Source: Bacteroidota bacterium
GTDB taxonomy: Bacteria > Bacteroidota > Bacteroidia > NS11-12g > UBA955
NCBI GenBank assembly: GCA_013205405.1
Contig: JABMMZ010000041.1
Span: 9,718-73,717, forward strand
Reading direction: 5' to 3'
Length of the DNA: 64,000 bases
Part shown: piece after piece, positions 10,667 to 20,758 of the stretch
Numbering within the stretch: position 1 is the stretch's first letter
Layout of the letters: the number at the start of each line of letters is the position of its first letter
Position numbers and translations under genes: made by a program
The notes under the pieces: model-generated
The model's input: only the letters and a program-made list of their open reading frames with translations
Told to the model about the DNA's origin: nothing
Databases searched by the model: none

Positions 10667-11140
10667 TTTTTAATTTTTATTTCAGTTTGTAAGCGAACAA
10701 ATTTTATTATTACTTGTTCAGATAATCGCCATTGAAAGGTAATTCGTTTATAAAAATTAGGAGAATTAAAATTCAATTAAAATTAGTTTTAGGTTATACA
10801 CTAATACGTTGAATTATCGATCCTAAAATGCTGCTATAGCTAGTAAAAGAGTCTTATAAAATTTTAGCGATAGATGTTGAATAAGCATCTGTTTAATAAG
10901 ATTTTGGCACAGCAAAAGTATGACTCAAAACTACCATAACCGAATAAAATTTCAACATATAAGTTAAAGCAAGGTCTGCTAATAAGTAGTTGTGCATGCC
11001 AAAATATTCTCAGTAAAGTAATAAATAAAGCAAATGAACAGAATTTTAAGAAAAAGTATTATTAAAAGAGATTTTTTAGTAAAAAACCGAAGATTACTTT
11101 TAAACTATTGAATTACTTTTAATAATTTAAACTACATAGC

Positions 11141-11180
11141 AAAAAGAAAGGCGAACCAAATATGGTTCGCCTTTCTTTTT
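11141..11180. terminator. Bidirectional rho-independent terminator
   Basis: Perfect 18-bp stem (11141-11158 pairs with 11163-11180) and a 4-nt loop. A-run on one side, T-run on the other. Lies 17 nt downstream of the ompA-family stop. Confidence 0.85.
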
Positions 11181-11196
11181 ATAATATTTCTATTGA

Positions 11197-12732
11197 TTAG
11201 TAAGTTAACTTGAAGTCAACTCTTCTGTTTTTAGCTTTTCCAGCTTTAGTAGCATTATCAACTATAGGTTGAGTATCTCCATAGCCTGTAGCTGTTAATC
11301 TAGTTTCAGATATACCTTTACTAATTAAATAAGCTTTTACTGCATTGGCACGTTTTTGTGATAAGTCTAAGTTTTTAGCTTTATCTCCTACGTTATCTGT
11401 GTGACCTTCAACAGCTACGTTTGCTTCAGGATACTCATTTAATATTTTAACTAAGGCATCTAAGTCATCAAAAGATTCTGCTTTGATTACATCTTTACCT
11501 GTTTCAAAATTAATTCCTTTAGCAGCTAAAGCAATTTTATCAGCTACTTCTTTTTTAATTTCAGGACAACCTTTATTTGCAATTGTACCTGCTACAGTTT
11601 TACATTTATCTGTATTGTCATATACACCATCACCATCCGTATCAGGACAACCTTCGCCTTCAATAGCTCCAGTAACTGTTGGACATTTATCTTTTCTATC
11701 TTCAACACCATCGCCATCAGTATCAGGACAACCGTTAAATTCTTTTAATCCTTTTACTGCTGGACATTGATCATCTTTATCTAATATACCATCACCATCT
11801 GTATCAGGGCAACCATTAAATTCAACTGGACCAAAGTTTGTTGGACAATCATCTTTGCTATCTACAATACTATCTTTATCTGTATCAGGACATCCGTTAA
11901 ACTTACGCATTCCAAATACATATTTACAACTATCCATATAATCAGGAATTGTATCCAAATCACTGTCCTTAGGACAACCTTCATCGTTAACAGGAAGTTC
12001 CCATGGCATAGTTTTAGGACATTTATCCAAATTGTCAGGAACACCGTCTTTATCTCTGTCTTTAATTTTGATACTTCCACTAGATGCATCACCGTATGGT
12101 AAGTTATAGAAAAAACCTAAAGAGTGATATGCAAATAAATCATTATTTTTATTTCTTGTATGTGTTAAGTAAGAAAATGGTTCACCATCCCAAATATCAT
12201 TAAAAGTATAATTGAACATAGATTGTAAACGCACGCCTAATTTTTCATTAAAGCGGTATTGGAAACCAAAACCACCTGCTACGTTGCCAGCAGCACCAGT
12301 ATATGAATCAGGGCTTTTGCTTACTGTGCTATGTAAATAAACACCACCAGCTCCTAGCATAATGTATGGGGTAAACTTAGCATCTTTTAATAGTTTGATT
12401 CTAACACCACCATTAACAGTAGCTAAATTTGTTTTAAAAAATTGATCTTTAAACTGAGGAGGATTGAAAGGATGGGTAGTAAAATAACCAACATCACCAC
12501 CAGAACCAAATAAACAAACATCAATAAAAGGATTTAAGTAGTAACTAATAGAACCTCCAATACCTTGGTATCCAGGTCCACGAGCGAAGAATAAAGCCGA
12601 ACCTAAATCTCCTTGATATTCATTAATTCCGCCATTCACTTCTATTCCAAGTCTTCTTTCGGCAGATTGAGCATTTATTTGTATAAAGAATACGAATGCT
12701 ATTAAGGTAACTAGTAATTTTTTCATTATCAT
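11197..12732 (-). CDS. OmpA family outer-membrane protein with thrombospondin type-3 repeats
   Basis: Signal peptide (the true start may be the ATG at 12726, MKKLLV). N-terminal beta-barrel region, TSP3 Asp-rich repeats, and a C-terminal OmpA peptidoglycan-binding domain (GHTDNVGD...NRRV). Confidence 0.88.
   Translation of the reverse strand: MIMKKLLVTLIAFVFFIQINAQSAERRLGIEVNGGINEYQGDLGSALFFARGPGYQGIGGSISYYLNPFIDVCLFGSGGDVGYFTTHPFNPPQFKDQFFKTNLATVNGGVRIKLLKDAKFTPYIMLGAGGVYLHSTVSKSPDSYTGAAGNVAGGFGFQYRFNEKLGVRLQSMFNYTFNDIWDGEPFSYLTHTRNKNNDLFAYHSLGFFYNLPYGDASSGSIKIKDRDKDGVPDNLDKCPKTMPWELPVNDEGCPKDSDLDTIPDYMDSCKYVFGMRKFNGCPDTDKDSIVDSKDDCPTNFGPVEFNGCPDTDGDGILDKDDQCPAVKGLKEFNGCPDTDGDGVEDRKDKCPTVTGAIEGEGCPDTDGDGVYDNTDKCKTVAGTIANKGCPEIKKEVADKIALAAKGINFETGKDVIKAESFDDLDALVKILNEYPEANVAVEGHTDNVGDKAKNLDLSQKRANAVKAYLISKGISETRLTATGYGDTQPIVDNATKAGKAKNRRVDFKLTY
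11563..12060 (-). repeat. Tandem thrombospondin type-3 (calcium-binding, CPDTDGDG-type) coding repeats inside the OmpA-family gene
   Basis: Repeated GCPDTDxDGxxDxxDxCP units in the translation. They generate the spurious antisense ORF at 11483-11770. Confidence 0.8.
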
Positions 12733-12772
12733 AAGCTGTTATTTTATTTGACTTTAATTTTACAATTGGCAA

Positions 12773-12780
12773 CAAATATA
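12773..12780 (-). promoter_or_regulatory. Bacteroidota -7 promoter box (TATATTTG) upstream of the OmpA-family gene
   Basis: The reverse complement of 12773-12780 is TATATTTG, about 40 nt upstream of the start codon. Confidence 0.45.
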
Positions 12781-12817
12781 TAAAAAGGTTTAATTTTAAC
12801 AACAATTTTTTATTAAA

Positions 12818-13267
12818 TTAATTTGAAACAATTAAAAAATTGCCATTTCTAGTAATTAAATATTGCTTTAAGCCATATTGTGCAGGGCCTTGGGCTACTA
12901 TTCCGTCAAAAGAAAATTTTGAATCACAACATTTTATAAATCCAGAATTATTGGTTTTACCACATCTAAACTGATAAACGAAAGAATCAATTTCTATTTT
13001 AGCGCAAGAATTACTTGGCTGAAAACTGCACGCTCTGTCAAAAGCATAAAATTTATCATCTGCATTGTGTACAATCACAATTCCTTTTACGCCTCCATTT
13101 TCAAGTACATAGGTATTAATGTTTTGCATATGAAAGTAAGTAGGTAAGGCCAAGTTAATAGTTAAATTGACAGGTACATCATTTATTGGCTCAGGGTTTA
13201 TATTACTTTTATCTATACAGGAGTTAAAAATAATAAGAGAAGTTAAAGTTAAAATGAGGTATTTCAT
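12818..13267 (-). CDS. Lipoprotein with a Rieske-like fold that lacks the canonical His ligands (hypothetical)
   Basis: Lipobox IIFNSC. YAFDRACSFQP and KCCDSKFSFDGIVAQGPAQYGLKQY resemble the Rieske CxH / CxxH boxes, but the histidines are replaced. Confidence 0.45.
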   Translation of the reverse strand: MKYLILTLTSLIIFNSCIDKSNINPEPINDVPVNLTINLALPTYFHMQNINTYVLENGGVKGIVIVHNADDKFYAFDRACSFQPSNSCAKIEIDSFVYQFRCGKTNNSGFIKCCDSKFSFDGIVAQGPAQYGLKQYLITRNGNFLIVSN

Positions 13268-13279
13268 AATGGTGGTATT

Positions 13280-14128
13280 TTAATTGTATTTGTAAAATCC
13301 TTCTTTTGTTTTTTTGCCATGTAGGCCAGCATCTACCTTTTGCTTCTGTATTCTACTGGGTCTAAATCTTGCCTCATGGTTAAATAAATGATACTGACTT
13401 TCGGTAACAGAATAATTTGTATCAACACCTATTAAATCCATTAATTTAAATGGACCCATTTTAAATCCGCTAGATTCTAATAATGCATCTATTGTTTCTA
13501 TATTGGATACATTTTCTTCTAATGCCTTTAAGGATTCAACATAATATAAACGGGCTATTCTATTGACAATAAATCCGGGCGCATCTGCAGAAATAACAGG
13601 TTGTTTTCCAATATCTAAAACAAATTTGTAAGCTATTTCAACAATTTTTTGATCTGTTTTTACACCTTTTATTATTTCTACCAACTTCATTATTTGAGCA
13701 GGATTAAAAAAATGGATACCTACTACATTTTCAGGGTATTTTAATTTGGTTGCTATTTGTGTTATTGGAATAGAAGATGTATTGGTAGCATAAATGGTAT
13801 TAGCTCCATTTAATTCCATTAACTGTTGAAATAAACTTATTTTGACATCTATTTTTTCAACAATAGCTTCAATGATTAAATCCGCTTTCATCAAATTTAT
13901 ATCATTTATAAAACTTAAATTTTTGAGTGTTTCATCTACTTTTTCTTGTGTAAATTTTCCCAGCTCAATCATTTTTTTTAAACCTTGTTGAATGCTTTCT
14001 TCAGCCCTAACTAAAATATCAGAATTAATATCGAATAGAATGGCTTTGTAACCAGCTTGAGCGCATACTTGAGCAATGCCTGCACCCATAGTGCCACCAC
14101 CTGCTATTGCTAATGTTTTTATTTCCAT
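13280..14128 (-). CDS. hbd: 3-hydroxybutyryl-CoA / 3-hydroxyacyl-CoA dehydrogenase
   Basis: NAD-binding IAGGGTMGAGIA. HFFNPAQIMKLVEI and GFIVNRI motifs. Confidence 0.9.
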   Translation of the reverse strand: MEIKTLAIAGGGTMGAGIAQVCAQAGYKAILFDINSDILVRAEESIQQGLKKMIELGKFTQEKVDETLKNLSFINDINLMKADLIIEAIVEKIDVKISLFQQLMELNGANTIYATNTSSIPITQIATKLKYPENVVGIHFFNPAQIMKLVEIIKGVKTDQKIVEIAYKFVLDIGKQPVISADAPGFIVNRIARLYYVESLKALEENVSNIETIDALLESSGFKMGPFKLMDLIGVDTNYSVTESQYHLFNHEARFRPSRIQKQKVDAGLHGKKTKEGFYKYN

Positions 14129-14135
14129 TTTTATT

Positions 14136-15413
14136 TTAATGTTTAGATAACCAAGCCTCTGGATTTTGTTTGTCTTGATTCAACCAAATTTCAAAGTGTA
14201 TTTCAGTAGCACCGTCTTCATCTTGTGATATGGTGCCAATAGTTTGTTTAATACTTAATGTTTCCCCTTGCGAAACAGTAACAGATTGTAATTTTGAATA
14301 AACAGTAAAATATTCACCATGGTTTACTAATATTATTTTTCCCATGCCTGGAATACTAATAATAGCAGCTACAGTTCCTTTTTGTACACATCTTGCTACA
14401 GAGCCTGCATTGGTTTGAATATCTACTCCATTATTTTGAATCATTACTTGCTCTAATTGGGCATGGGCATGGGTTCCAAAATGTTCACTTATAAAACCTT
14501 TTTCAACTGGCCAAGGTAATTTGCCTTTACTAGCTGCAAAATTATCTGACACTAATTTGGCCTCTGGTGTTAGGGTTGGCTCTTTGTTTACAACAGTAAG
14601 TTTATCTGGTTTTTTCTCGTTGGGTTTTGTGGTATTTGTTTTAGCAGTTTTGGCAGCTTGCTCTTTTGCTTTGCGCTTTGCTTCGGCTATTTCTTTAGCT
14701 ATAATTCCGTTTATTTGAGCATTTAAGTTTTCTTTGGCTTTCTTTTGTTTAGTAAGCTCTGCTTGTAACTCTGTTTCTTTGCCCTGCAAAGAGGCAATAG
14801 TTTTACTTTTTTGAACTTTATCACTTTCAAGCTCCTTTACTTCGCTTTCTTTGTCTTTGGCTAATACAATTTTTGATTCTTTTAAGCCAAAAAGTTCTTT
14901 CAGTTTTGTCTCCAGCTCTATTTTCTTCTCATTAATTTTTGCTAAAAACTTTGTTTGTGCCGCAGAAAGGTATTGGATAAATCTAATTCTTTGGAATAAT
15001 TGATTGAAAGACTTTGCTGCAAATAAGTATAATGTATTGTTGTATACCCTTTTATTTTTGTAGGCTAAAACTATAGCTTTTGCATAATTTTGTTTTTCAA
15101 TAGCCAATTGCGAGTTTACACTATCTACCTCATCTTTTTTACCGTCTACCTCTTGATTTACAAATTCTAACTCTTGGTTTATAGTTCCAATTAATTCTTC
15201 TCGTGTTTCTATTAAACGTGCTATCGACTTTAATTCATTTTGATTTTTAGCTTTTTTAGAAGTCGTTTCTTTTAGAATTTTTTTTGTTAATGCTATTTGC
15301 TCTTCAGTTTTTTTACGCTGTTTTTCTAGGTCTTTTCTACTAGTTTGGCCAAGTAAATTAACTACAATAAAAAACGAAATAAGAACATTTATTTTTATTT
15401 TATTTACGGTCAT
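14136..15413 (-). CDS. Murein hydrolase activator EnvC-like / M23 family peptidase with a coiled-coil N-terminal region
   Basis: Long Lys/Glu-rich coiled coil followed by a C-terminal M23/LytM domain. The likely start is the internal ATG (MTVNKIKI) at 15413. The longer ORF to 15476 overlaps the upstream gene. Confidence 0.8.
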   Translation of the reverse strand: MTVNKIKINVLISFFIVVNLLGQTSRKDLEKQRKKTEEQIALTKKILKETTSKKAKNQNELKSIARLIETREELIGTINQELEFVNQEVDGKKDEVDSVNSQLAIEKQNYAKAIVLAYKNKRVYNNTLYLFAAKSFNQLFQRIRFIQYLSAAQTKFLAKINEKKIELETKLKELFGLKESKIVLAKDKESEVKELESDKVQKSKTIASLQGKETELQAELTKQKKAKENLNAQINGIIAKEIAEAKRKAKEQAAKTAKTNTTKPNEKKPDKLTVVNKEPTLTPEAKLVSDNFAASKGKLPWPVEKGFISEHFGTHAHAQLEQVMIQNNGVDIQTNAGSVARCVQKGTVAAIISIPGMGKIILVNHGEYFTVYSKLQSVTVSQGETLSIKQTIGTISQDEDGATEIHFEIWLNQDKQNPEAWLSKH

Positions 15414-16188
15414 AAGATGGTGGTATAGAAAATGGAAAAGTAACTGAAGTTTCAAAATCTGGCTTTTCAAAAACAATATTTATTTTTGAAGTATTTTTAC
15501 CATGAAATGCAGTGATATCTGATTTGTAAGGAAAATTATGATTGTTTACATTGCTATAATTATTGTATAAAACGGTAGCGTAATTTGAGGTTGTTCTATC
15601 TTTTATGTAAGTTTTATCTAAAGTTAAAAATTGTTTTTGATAATGGTGATTTAGAATAAATTTTTCGTGCGAATTATCTTGAATTGAAATCTCAGATTCA
15701 GTATTTTTTAACAACTCGAATAAAGTGAGTGCAAATAAAGGTTTGGCCAATATAATATTTTGAATTTGACCAACTGTTAGCTCCATACCTATCAGTTTAA
15801 CAATATCTTTTGAATAATATACCATATATTCTTTGTGCAGTTTATCCATAAATACGAGCGAATCTTTGTTTATTAAGATTCTACGACCTTCTATTCCAAA
15901 TATATTTACAGATACCCATAAAAGCGAGTCTTTTAACATTCTAAAATTTGCACCAACACTTATAGATTTGTTGCCGTCATCATAATCTATTTCCGCTTTA
16001 GCAGAAAAATATTGCCAATTTGTAAGCGTAGTACGTAATAGTTTATCTGCTGCATAAGTATCTGTTTTCGCTACTACAGTTTTATCTTTATTTGTGATAG
16101 GTGCTGCTAGTTTCTTTTTACTTTTACAAGCAGAAAAAAAATTCATACTTAAAAGTATTAAAATTAAATAGAAAACATACTTATTCAT
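15400..16188 (-). CDS. DUF4292-like (LolB-like) lipoprotein
   Basis: Lipobox NFFSAC after the internal start MNKYVFY at 16188. Conserved position between the TPR and M23 genes, as in other Bacteroidota. Confidence 0.65.
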   Translation of the reverse strand: MNKYVFYLILILLSMNFFSACKSKKKLAAPITNKDKTVVAKTDTYAADKLLRTTLTNWQYFSAKAEIDYDDGNKSISVGANFRMLKDSLLWVSVNIFGIEGRRILINKDSLVFMDKLHKEYMVYYSKDIVKLIGMELTVGQIQNIILAKPLFALTLFELLKNTESEISIQDNSHEKFILNHHYQKQFLTLDKTYIKDRTTSNYATVLYNNYSNVNNHNFPYKSDITAFHGKNTSKINIVFEKPDFETSVTFPFSIPPSYDRK

Positions 16189-17695
16189 ATAATTTTTTCT
16201 CCAATATTTTTTTATCAATCCATTCATTGTTTAATCCTAATTTTTTAGCTTTTTGCCAATATTCTAATGCTTTTCCAATATCGTTTAATTGATAAAAAGC
16301 ATTACCTAATTTATCATTAGCAATAGCATTTTCTATGTTTAATGTTATAGCTTCAATTAAGTTCTCTTTAGCCTCATTAAATTTTTTTTGCCCATAGAGG
16401 GAAATACCTTTTTGAATCAAAAGACCAGCTCTATCTATATCCTCAATTACATAGCGTATGCCATTGCAAGCATGCTGAAATGCTTTCTCATATTGTTTTT
16501 GTGTATTGTAGCCATTGGCAGCATATATATAAAGTAAGGCTATATTCGGAAAATATTCAATTGCTTTTTCGCTCAACATTGTAACTTTTGAAAAGCTATT
16601 TAATTGTTCGGCATTTTTAGTAGCACCCAACCAAGCATCATACATATTCGGGTTAATAGTTACACTATTTTCAAACGCCTTTAAAGCTGCATTTTTTTCA
16701 GAAATTTTTTCATATAAAATAGCTCCAGTATATATGGCATTGGCATTGGTAGGATATATTTTTTCTAGCGCAGCAGCAGCTATACCACCATATTCATTCG
16801 TTATTATTTTGGCATCTAAATCTTTTAGTAAATCTTGGCATGCCTTTGTTTTTGTTTCAAAAGTAGTATTACCGTCTTCAAAGGCTTGTAGAAAGTATTT
16901 TTTAGCTTTTAGGTCTTCTTTTTTATTTAAATAAAACTTATAAAGTGAATAATTCACTTGCCAATTATTAGGATTTAATTCCATGGCTTTTTCATAATTG
17001 AGCATGGCATTGGTTTCATCGTTTTGCAATTGGTAAATGATGGCATCATCAATATAATATTGTACTTTTTTTGGCGATGCTTTTTTTAGTTGTGCATAAA
17101 TTAAATGCGCACTTTCAAAATCCTTTTTTTCGTTATATAATGCAATTATTTTAAGTGCAACGGTGGGTTTAAATCCAACATTTTCGATGTATTGTTTGTA
17201 TAAATTTATTTGTTTGGCTTTTGTATTATCTATTAGACCATATAAATGGACCAATTCATTATAGATTGTTTCGTCCCTTAAGTTACTTTTTAGGGCTGTT
17301 TCTAATACGGCAATAGCCTCTTTATATTGACCAATTTGCCTTAAATAATCGGCATAATGTTGCGCATAAAATTTATTTGATGGTGCTAATTTATTAGCCT
17401 TCGAAGCATTAAGCAAAGCTTCATTACTATTTTTTAAAGTATTATTTATTCTACTTAATTGGAAATAAACACTGGCTTCTTGGGATTTAAGGTTCGCACA
17501 ACTAATAAACTTTTGAAGAGCAACAGTATAATTGCCAATATTGTATTGTGCACAGGCATCAATATATAAATTATCAAATTTATTACCACTAGCACCAACA
17601 TTAGTTAAATTGCTTTTTTTACTTTTACATGCCGAAAAGCATACAGCTATTACAACTGCAAAAAGATATATCTTTATGCTGCGTAATTTTTTCAT
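16181..17695 (-). CDS. Tetratricopeptide-repeat lipoprotein
   Basis: Lipobox VCFSAC. Multiple TPR-like A..Y......G....A motifs along all 504 aa. Confidence 0.8.
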   Translation of the reverse strand: MKKLRSIKIYLFAVVIAVCFSACKSKKSNLTNVGASGNKFDNLYIDACAQYNIGNYTVALQKFISCANLKSQEASVYFQLSRINNTLKNSNEALLNASKANKLAPSNKFYAQHYADYLRQIGQYKEAIAVLETALKSNLRDETIYNELVHLYGLIDNTKAKQINLYKQYIENVGFKPTVALKIIALYNEKKDFESAHLIYAQLKKASPKKVQYYIDDAIIYQLQNDETNAMLNYEKAMELNPNNWQVNYSLYKFYLNKKEDLKAKKYFLQAFEDGNTTFETKTKACQDLLKDLDAKIITNEYGGIAAAALEKIYPTNANAIYTGAILYEKISEKNAALKAFENSVTINPNMYDAWLGATKNAEQLNSFSKVTMLSEKAIEYFPNIALLYIYAANGYNTQKQYEKAFQHACNGIRYVIEDIDRAGLLIQKGISLYGQKKFNEAKENLIEAITLNIENAIANDKLGNAFYQLNDIGKALEYWQKAKKLGLNNEWIDKKILEKKLYE

Positions 17696-17697
17696 AA

Positions 17698-18708
17698 TTA
17701 ATTAAGTGTACTGTAATCGCCAATACTATATTCTTTACTTTCGCCATTTATGGTAACAAAATTACCAATCATGCTATTTTTAAAATGAGCTTGGCTGATA
17801 GTACAATTGTTTTGAATAATACTGTTTTCAATGGTGCTGTTTTTTATAACAGTACCATTACCAATACTCACATGCGGTCCAATAGTACAATTTTCTATTA
17901 CCACGTCATTACCAATATAACACGGTTCAATTATTTTAGTGCCATGGTTATACTGCGAAAAATCTACCGTTAGTTCGTCTTTTTTAATCTCTAATATTCT
18001 TTGGTTTGTGTATACTGTAGCGTCTTTATTGCCACAATCTAACCATTCTTCTACTTCACCAGGAATAAATTGGAGTCCTTTATTCTTCATGTTTTCAAGC
18101 GCATTAGTCAATTGATATTCACCTTTTTCGGTAACATTATTATCAATAAGGTATTGTATCTCATCCAATAAATTATCCCCATCTTTAAAGTAATAAATAC
18201 CAATAATAGCTAAGTCGGTAATAAATTCAACAGGCTTTTCAATAAAATCTGTAATTACATTATTCTCGTCTAATTTTACAACGCCAAACTGACTTGGATT
18301 TGCAACCTTATGCACCCAAATAGTGCCATCCTTACTTTTGTCTAATTCAAATTGCGCTTTAAATAAAGTATCAGCAAAAGCTATAATTACTTCACCAGTT
18401 AAAGCAGGTGTTGCACACATTACCGCATGAGCGGTTCCTAAGGCTTCATCTTGATAATAAATTCGGCCTTTAGCCCCCACACTTTCAGCTATTTGTAGCA
18501 ATTGTAACTCTACAGCTTCGCCAAAATTACCGATTACAAAAGCAACTTCATTGATAGGCTCATTGCATACGGCTGCTATGTCTTCCACTAGTCTTTGCAC
18601 TATTGGTTTGCCAGCTATAGGCAATAATGGTTTTGGTACTGTTAAAGTATGCGGGCGCATGCGTTTTCCCATGCCCGCCATTGGTATTATAATATTCATT
18701 CCGCTCAT
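17698..18708 (-). CDS. Sugar-phosphate nucleotidyltransferase with a C-terminal left-handed beta-helix
   Basis: N-terminal IIPMAGMGKRMRP...PKPLLPIAGKP signature. Hexapeptide-like repeats at the C-terminus. Confidence 0.8.
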   Translation of the reverse strand: MSGMNIIIPMAGMGKRMRPHTLTVPKPLLPIAGKPIVQRLVEDIAAVCNEPINEVAFVIGNFGEAVELQLLQIAESVGAKGRIYYQDEALGTAHAVMCATPALTGEVIIAFADTLFKAQFELDKSKDGTIWVHKVANPSQFGVVKLDENNVITDFIEKPVEFITDLAIIGIYYFKDGDNLLDEIQYLIDNNVTEKGEYQLTNALENMKNKGLQFIPGEVEEWLDCGNKDATVYTNQRILEIKKDELTVDFSQYNHGTKIIEPCYIGNDVVIENCTIGPHVSIGNGTVIKNSTIENSIIQNNCTISQAHFKNSMIGNFVTINGESKEYSIGDYSTLN

Positions 18709-18730
18709 TTTTTGTTTTAAAATAAATTAG

Positions 18731-19174
18731 TTATTGTTTGATGCCTGTATGTCCATATCCGCCTTCGCCTCTAGGAGTTTTTGTAAGTGCTGTTTCTATT
18801 TGCCACTTTGCTTGAATGCAAGGTGCTATAATCATTTGAGCAATTCGGTCGCCTGCTTGTATAGTAAAATTATTGTCACTTAAATTTATCAATAATATTT
18901 TTATTTCTCCTCTATAATCCGAATCAATAGTGCCAGGAGAATTTAAAACTGTTATACCATGTTTAAAAGCCATACCACTGCGAGGCCGAATTTGCGCTTC
19001 GTATCCTTGTGGTAATTCTATAAATAATCCTGTAGTAACCAAAACTCTTTGCATGGGCGCTATATGAACAGGATGTTCAATATTTGCATACAAATCAGCA
19101 CCAGCTGCTTCTGCAGTTTGATACATTGGTAAGGGTTGCGAACCCTTGTTTATTATTTTTACGTTTATTGACAA
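18731..19174 (-). CDS. dut: dUTP diphosphatase
   Basis: Motifs [39 protein letters not shown]. Confidence 0.93.
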   Translation of the reverse strand: MSINVKIINKGSQPLPMYQTAEAAGADLYANIEHPVHIAPMQRVLVTTGLFIELPQGYEAQIRPRSGMAFKHGITVLNSPGTIDSDYRGEIKILLINLSDNNFTIQAGDRIAQMIIAPCIQAKWQIETALTKTPRGEGGYGHTGIKQ

Positions 19175-19190
19175 AATATAATCAGCAAAT

Positions 19191-20636
19191 TTAAGCTTTT
19201 TTTACTTTAGGTTGTAATAACCAAATTATTAAAAATATAACTCCAAGTAATGCTAGTTTAGTACAATAAGTCATCCATATTTCAGAAATATGACTTTCTA
19301 TTGTTAAAAAGAATTGCCAAAATCCTAAACTTAGCATTATTATAAGTATTATTTTCCATACTTGATAAGGTACTTTAAAATACTTTTGACCCAATATAAA
19401 AGCAGCCAAACACATGGCAGCATATACTGCTAAGGTTATCCAAGCACAAGCGGTAAAACCATAAAGGGGAATAAATACAATGTTTGAATATATGGTAAGT
19501 AATGCTCCACCAATGGCTACTATGGCGGCAAGTTTAGTACGATTAGATAATTTATACCAAATACTTAGATTATAATAAATGCCTAAAAACAAATTAGCCA
19601 AAAGTAAAATGGGTACTACCGCTATTCCATTATCACTTGTAAAATATTTTTGGTCTCTAATAAATAAAGCTGCCAAGTCGTTTACAAAAAGCATGCAAGC
19701 TAAAAATATAAAGGCACATACGCCCGTAAACCAATACATAATAGTAGCATATATTTGACGGCTTTCATTACTTTCCTTTTGTTTGAAAAAGAAGGGTTCG
19801 GCCGCAAATCTGAAAGCCTGTACAAACATGGTCATTACCATCGTAAGTTTATAAAAAGCCCCATAAATTCCTGCTTGATAATCGGCTTCAGAAGCTGGTA
19901 ATAAACGTTTCAATAAAACCCTATCTAAAGTTTCGTTTACAATACCAGCCAAACCCACAAATATGAGTGGCCAAGCATAGTGCAACATTTTTTTATAAAG
20001 CACTTTATCAAACTTTACATTGATTTTAAATACTAAAGGAGCCAGCAGAATGAATGATGCGATACTGGCGGCTGCATTGGCAATAAGCACCAACGTAACT
20101 TGGCCATAAGGCTTTAAAAAATCAGGGGTATTTCTTAGCAGAAAAACATTTAACCCCACATTAATAAATATATTTACCAATTTAATGGTGGCAAATTGCC
20201 AAGGTTTTTCTTCGAAACGCAAGCGGGCAAAGGGCAATACACTTAAGGTATCAAAAACTAAAAAAATAACACAACACCAAACAAATTCGGTATGTTCGGG
20301 ATAACCAAGTAATGCGGCACTTTGATGAATAAATAATATAACGAGTACTCCAAAAAGTAAGGTGGAGAGTATAACACTTTTTTGCGCAGTGGCATATACT
20401 TTATGAGCATCATTACCTTGTCTTATAAAATTAAAATAAGCTGTTTCCATGCCATAACTTAATACAATATTTAAAAAAGCAATGGTGCCAAAAACGATGG
20501 TTATTTGTCCATAACTATCAACGGAATCAAATAACATGGTTTGAGGAATGATCAATAAAAAATTGATAAACCGCCCCAACATAGAGCTTAAACCATACAC
20601 GGCTGTTTGCGATGCTAATTTTTTTAAGAAACCCAA
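19191..20636 (-). CDS. Polysaccharide biosynthesis / MOP-superfamily flippase (Wzx/MurJ-like)
   Basis: 481 aa, about 14 TM helices. N-terminal [24 protein letters not shown] is typical of this family. TTG start. Confidence 0.75.
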   Translation of the reverse strand: MGFLKKLASQTAVYGLSSMLGRFINFLLIIPQTMLFDSVDSYGQITIVFGTIAFLNIVLSYGMETAYFNFIRQGNDAHKVYATAQKSVILSTLLFGVLVILFIHQSAALLGYPEHTEFVWCCVIFLVFDTLSVLPFARLRFEEKPWQFATIKLVNIFINVGLNVFLLRNTPDFLKPYGQVTLVLIANAAASIASFILLAPLVFKINVKFDKVLYKKMLHYAWPLIFVGLAGIVNETLDRVLLKRLLPASEADYQAGIYGAFYKLTMVMTMFVQAFRFAAEPFFFKQKESNESRQIYATIMYWFTGVCAFIFLACMLFVNDLAALFIRDQKYFTSDNGIAVVPILLLANLFLGIYYNLSIWYKLSNRTKLAAIVAIGGALLTIYSNIVFIPLYGFTACAWITLAVYAAMCLAAFILGQKYFKVPYQVWKIILIIMLSLGFWQFFLTIESHISEIWMTYCTKLALLGVIFLIIWLLQPKVKKA

Positions 20637-20744
20637 GGGTACAAAAGTATATTTATTTATAATAAATTGTTAAAAGAAAACTACCAGATGCGCATTAAAT
20701 TATACAAATAGTGATTTAAACTATTATTATTTCAATACCTTTAT

Positions 20745-20752
20745 TAACTTTG
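20745..20752 (+). promoter_or_regulatory. Bacteroidota -7 promoter box (TAACTTTG) upstream of the dihydroorotase gene
   Basis: TAnnTTTG match that overlaps the TTG start of the longest ORF. This argues for the ATG at 20759 as the real start. Confidence 0.45.
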
Positions 20753-20758
20753 CCAAGC

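Noticed and set aside
11483-11770. 95-aa ORF antisense to the OmpA-family gene
   Set aside because: Its repetitive Pro/Ser-rich translation is an artefact of the reverse complement of the tandem TSP3 repeats.
15414-15476. Extra 21 N-terminal codons of the M23 peptidase ORF and 13 extra codons of the DUF4292 ORF (16189-16227)
   Set aside because: The extensions overlap the upstream genes and precede clear signal-peptide or lipoprotein starts (MTVNKIKI..., MNKYVFY...), so the internal ATGs are preferred.
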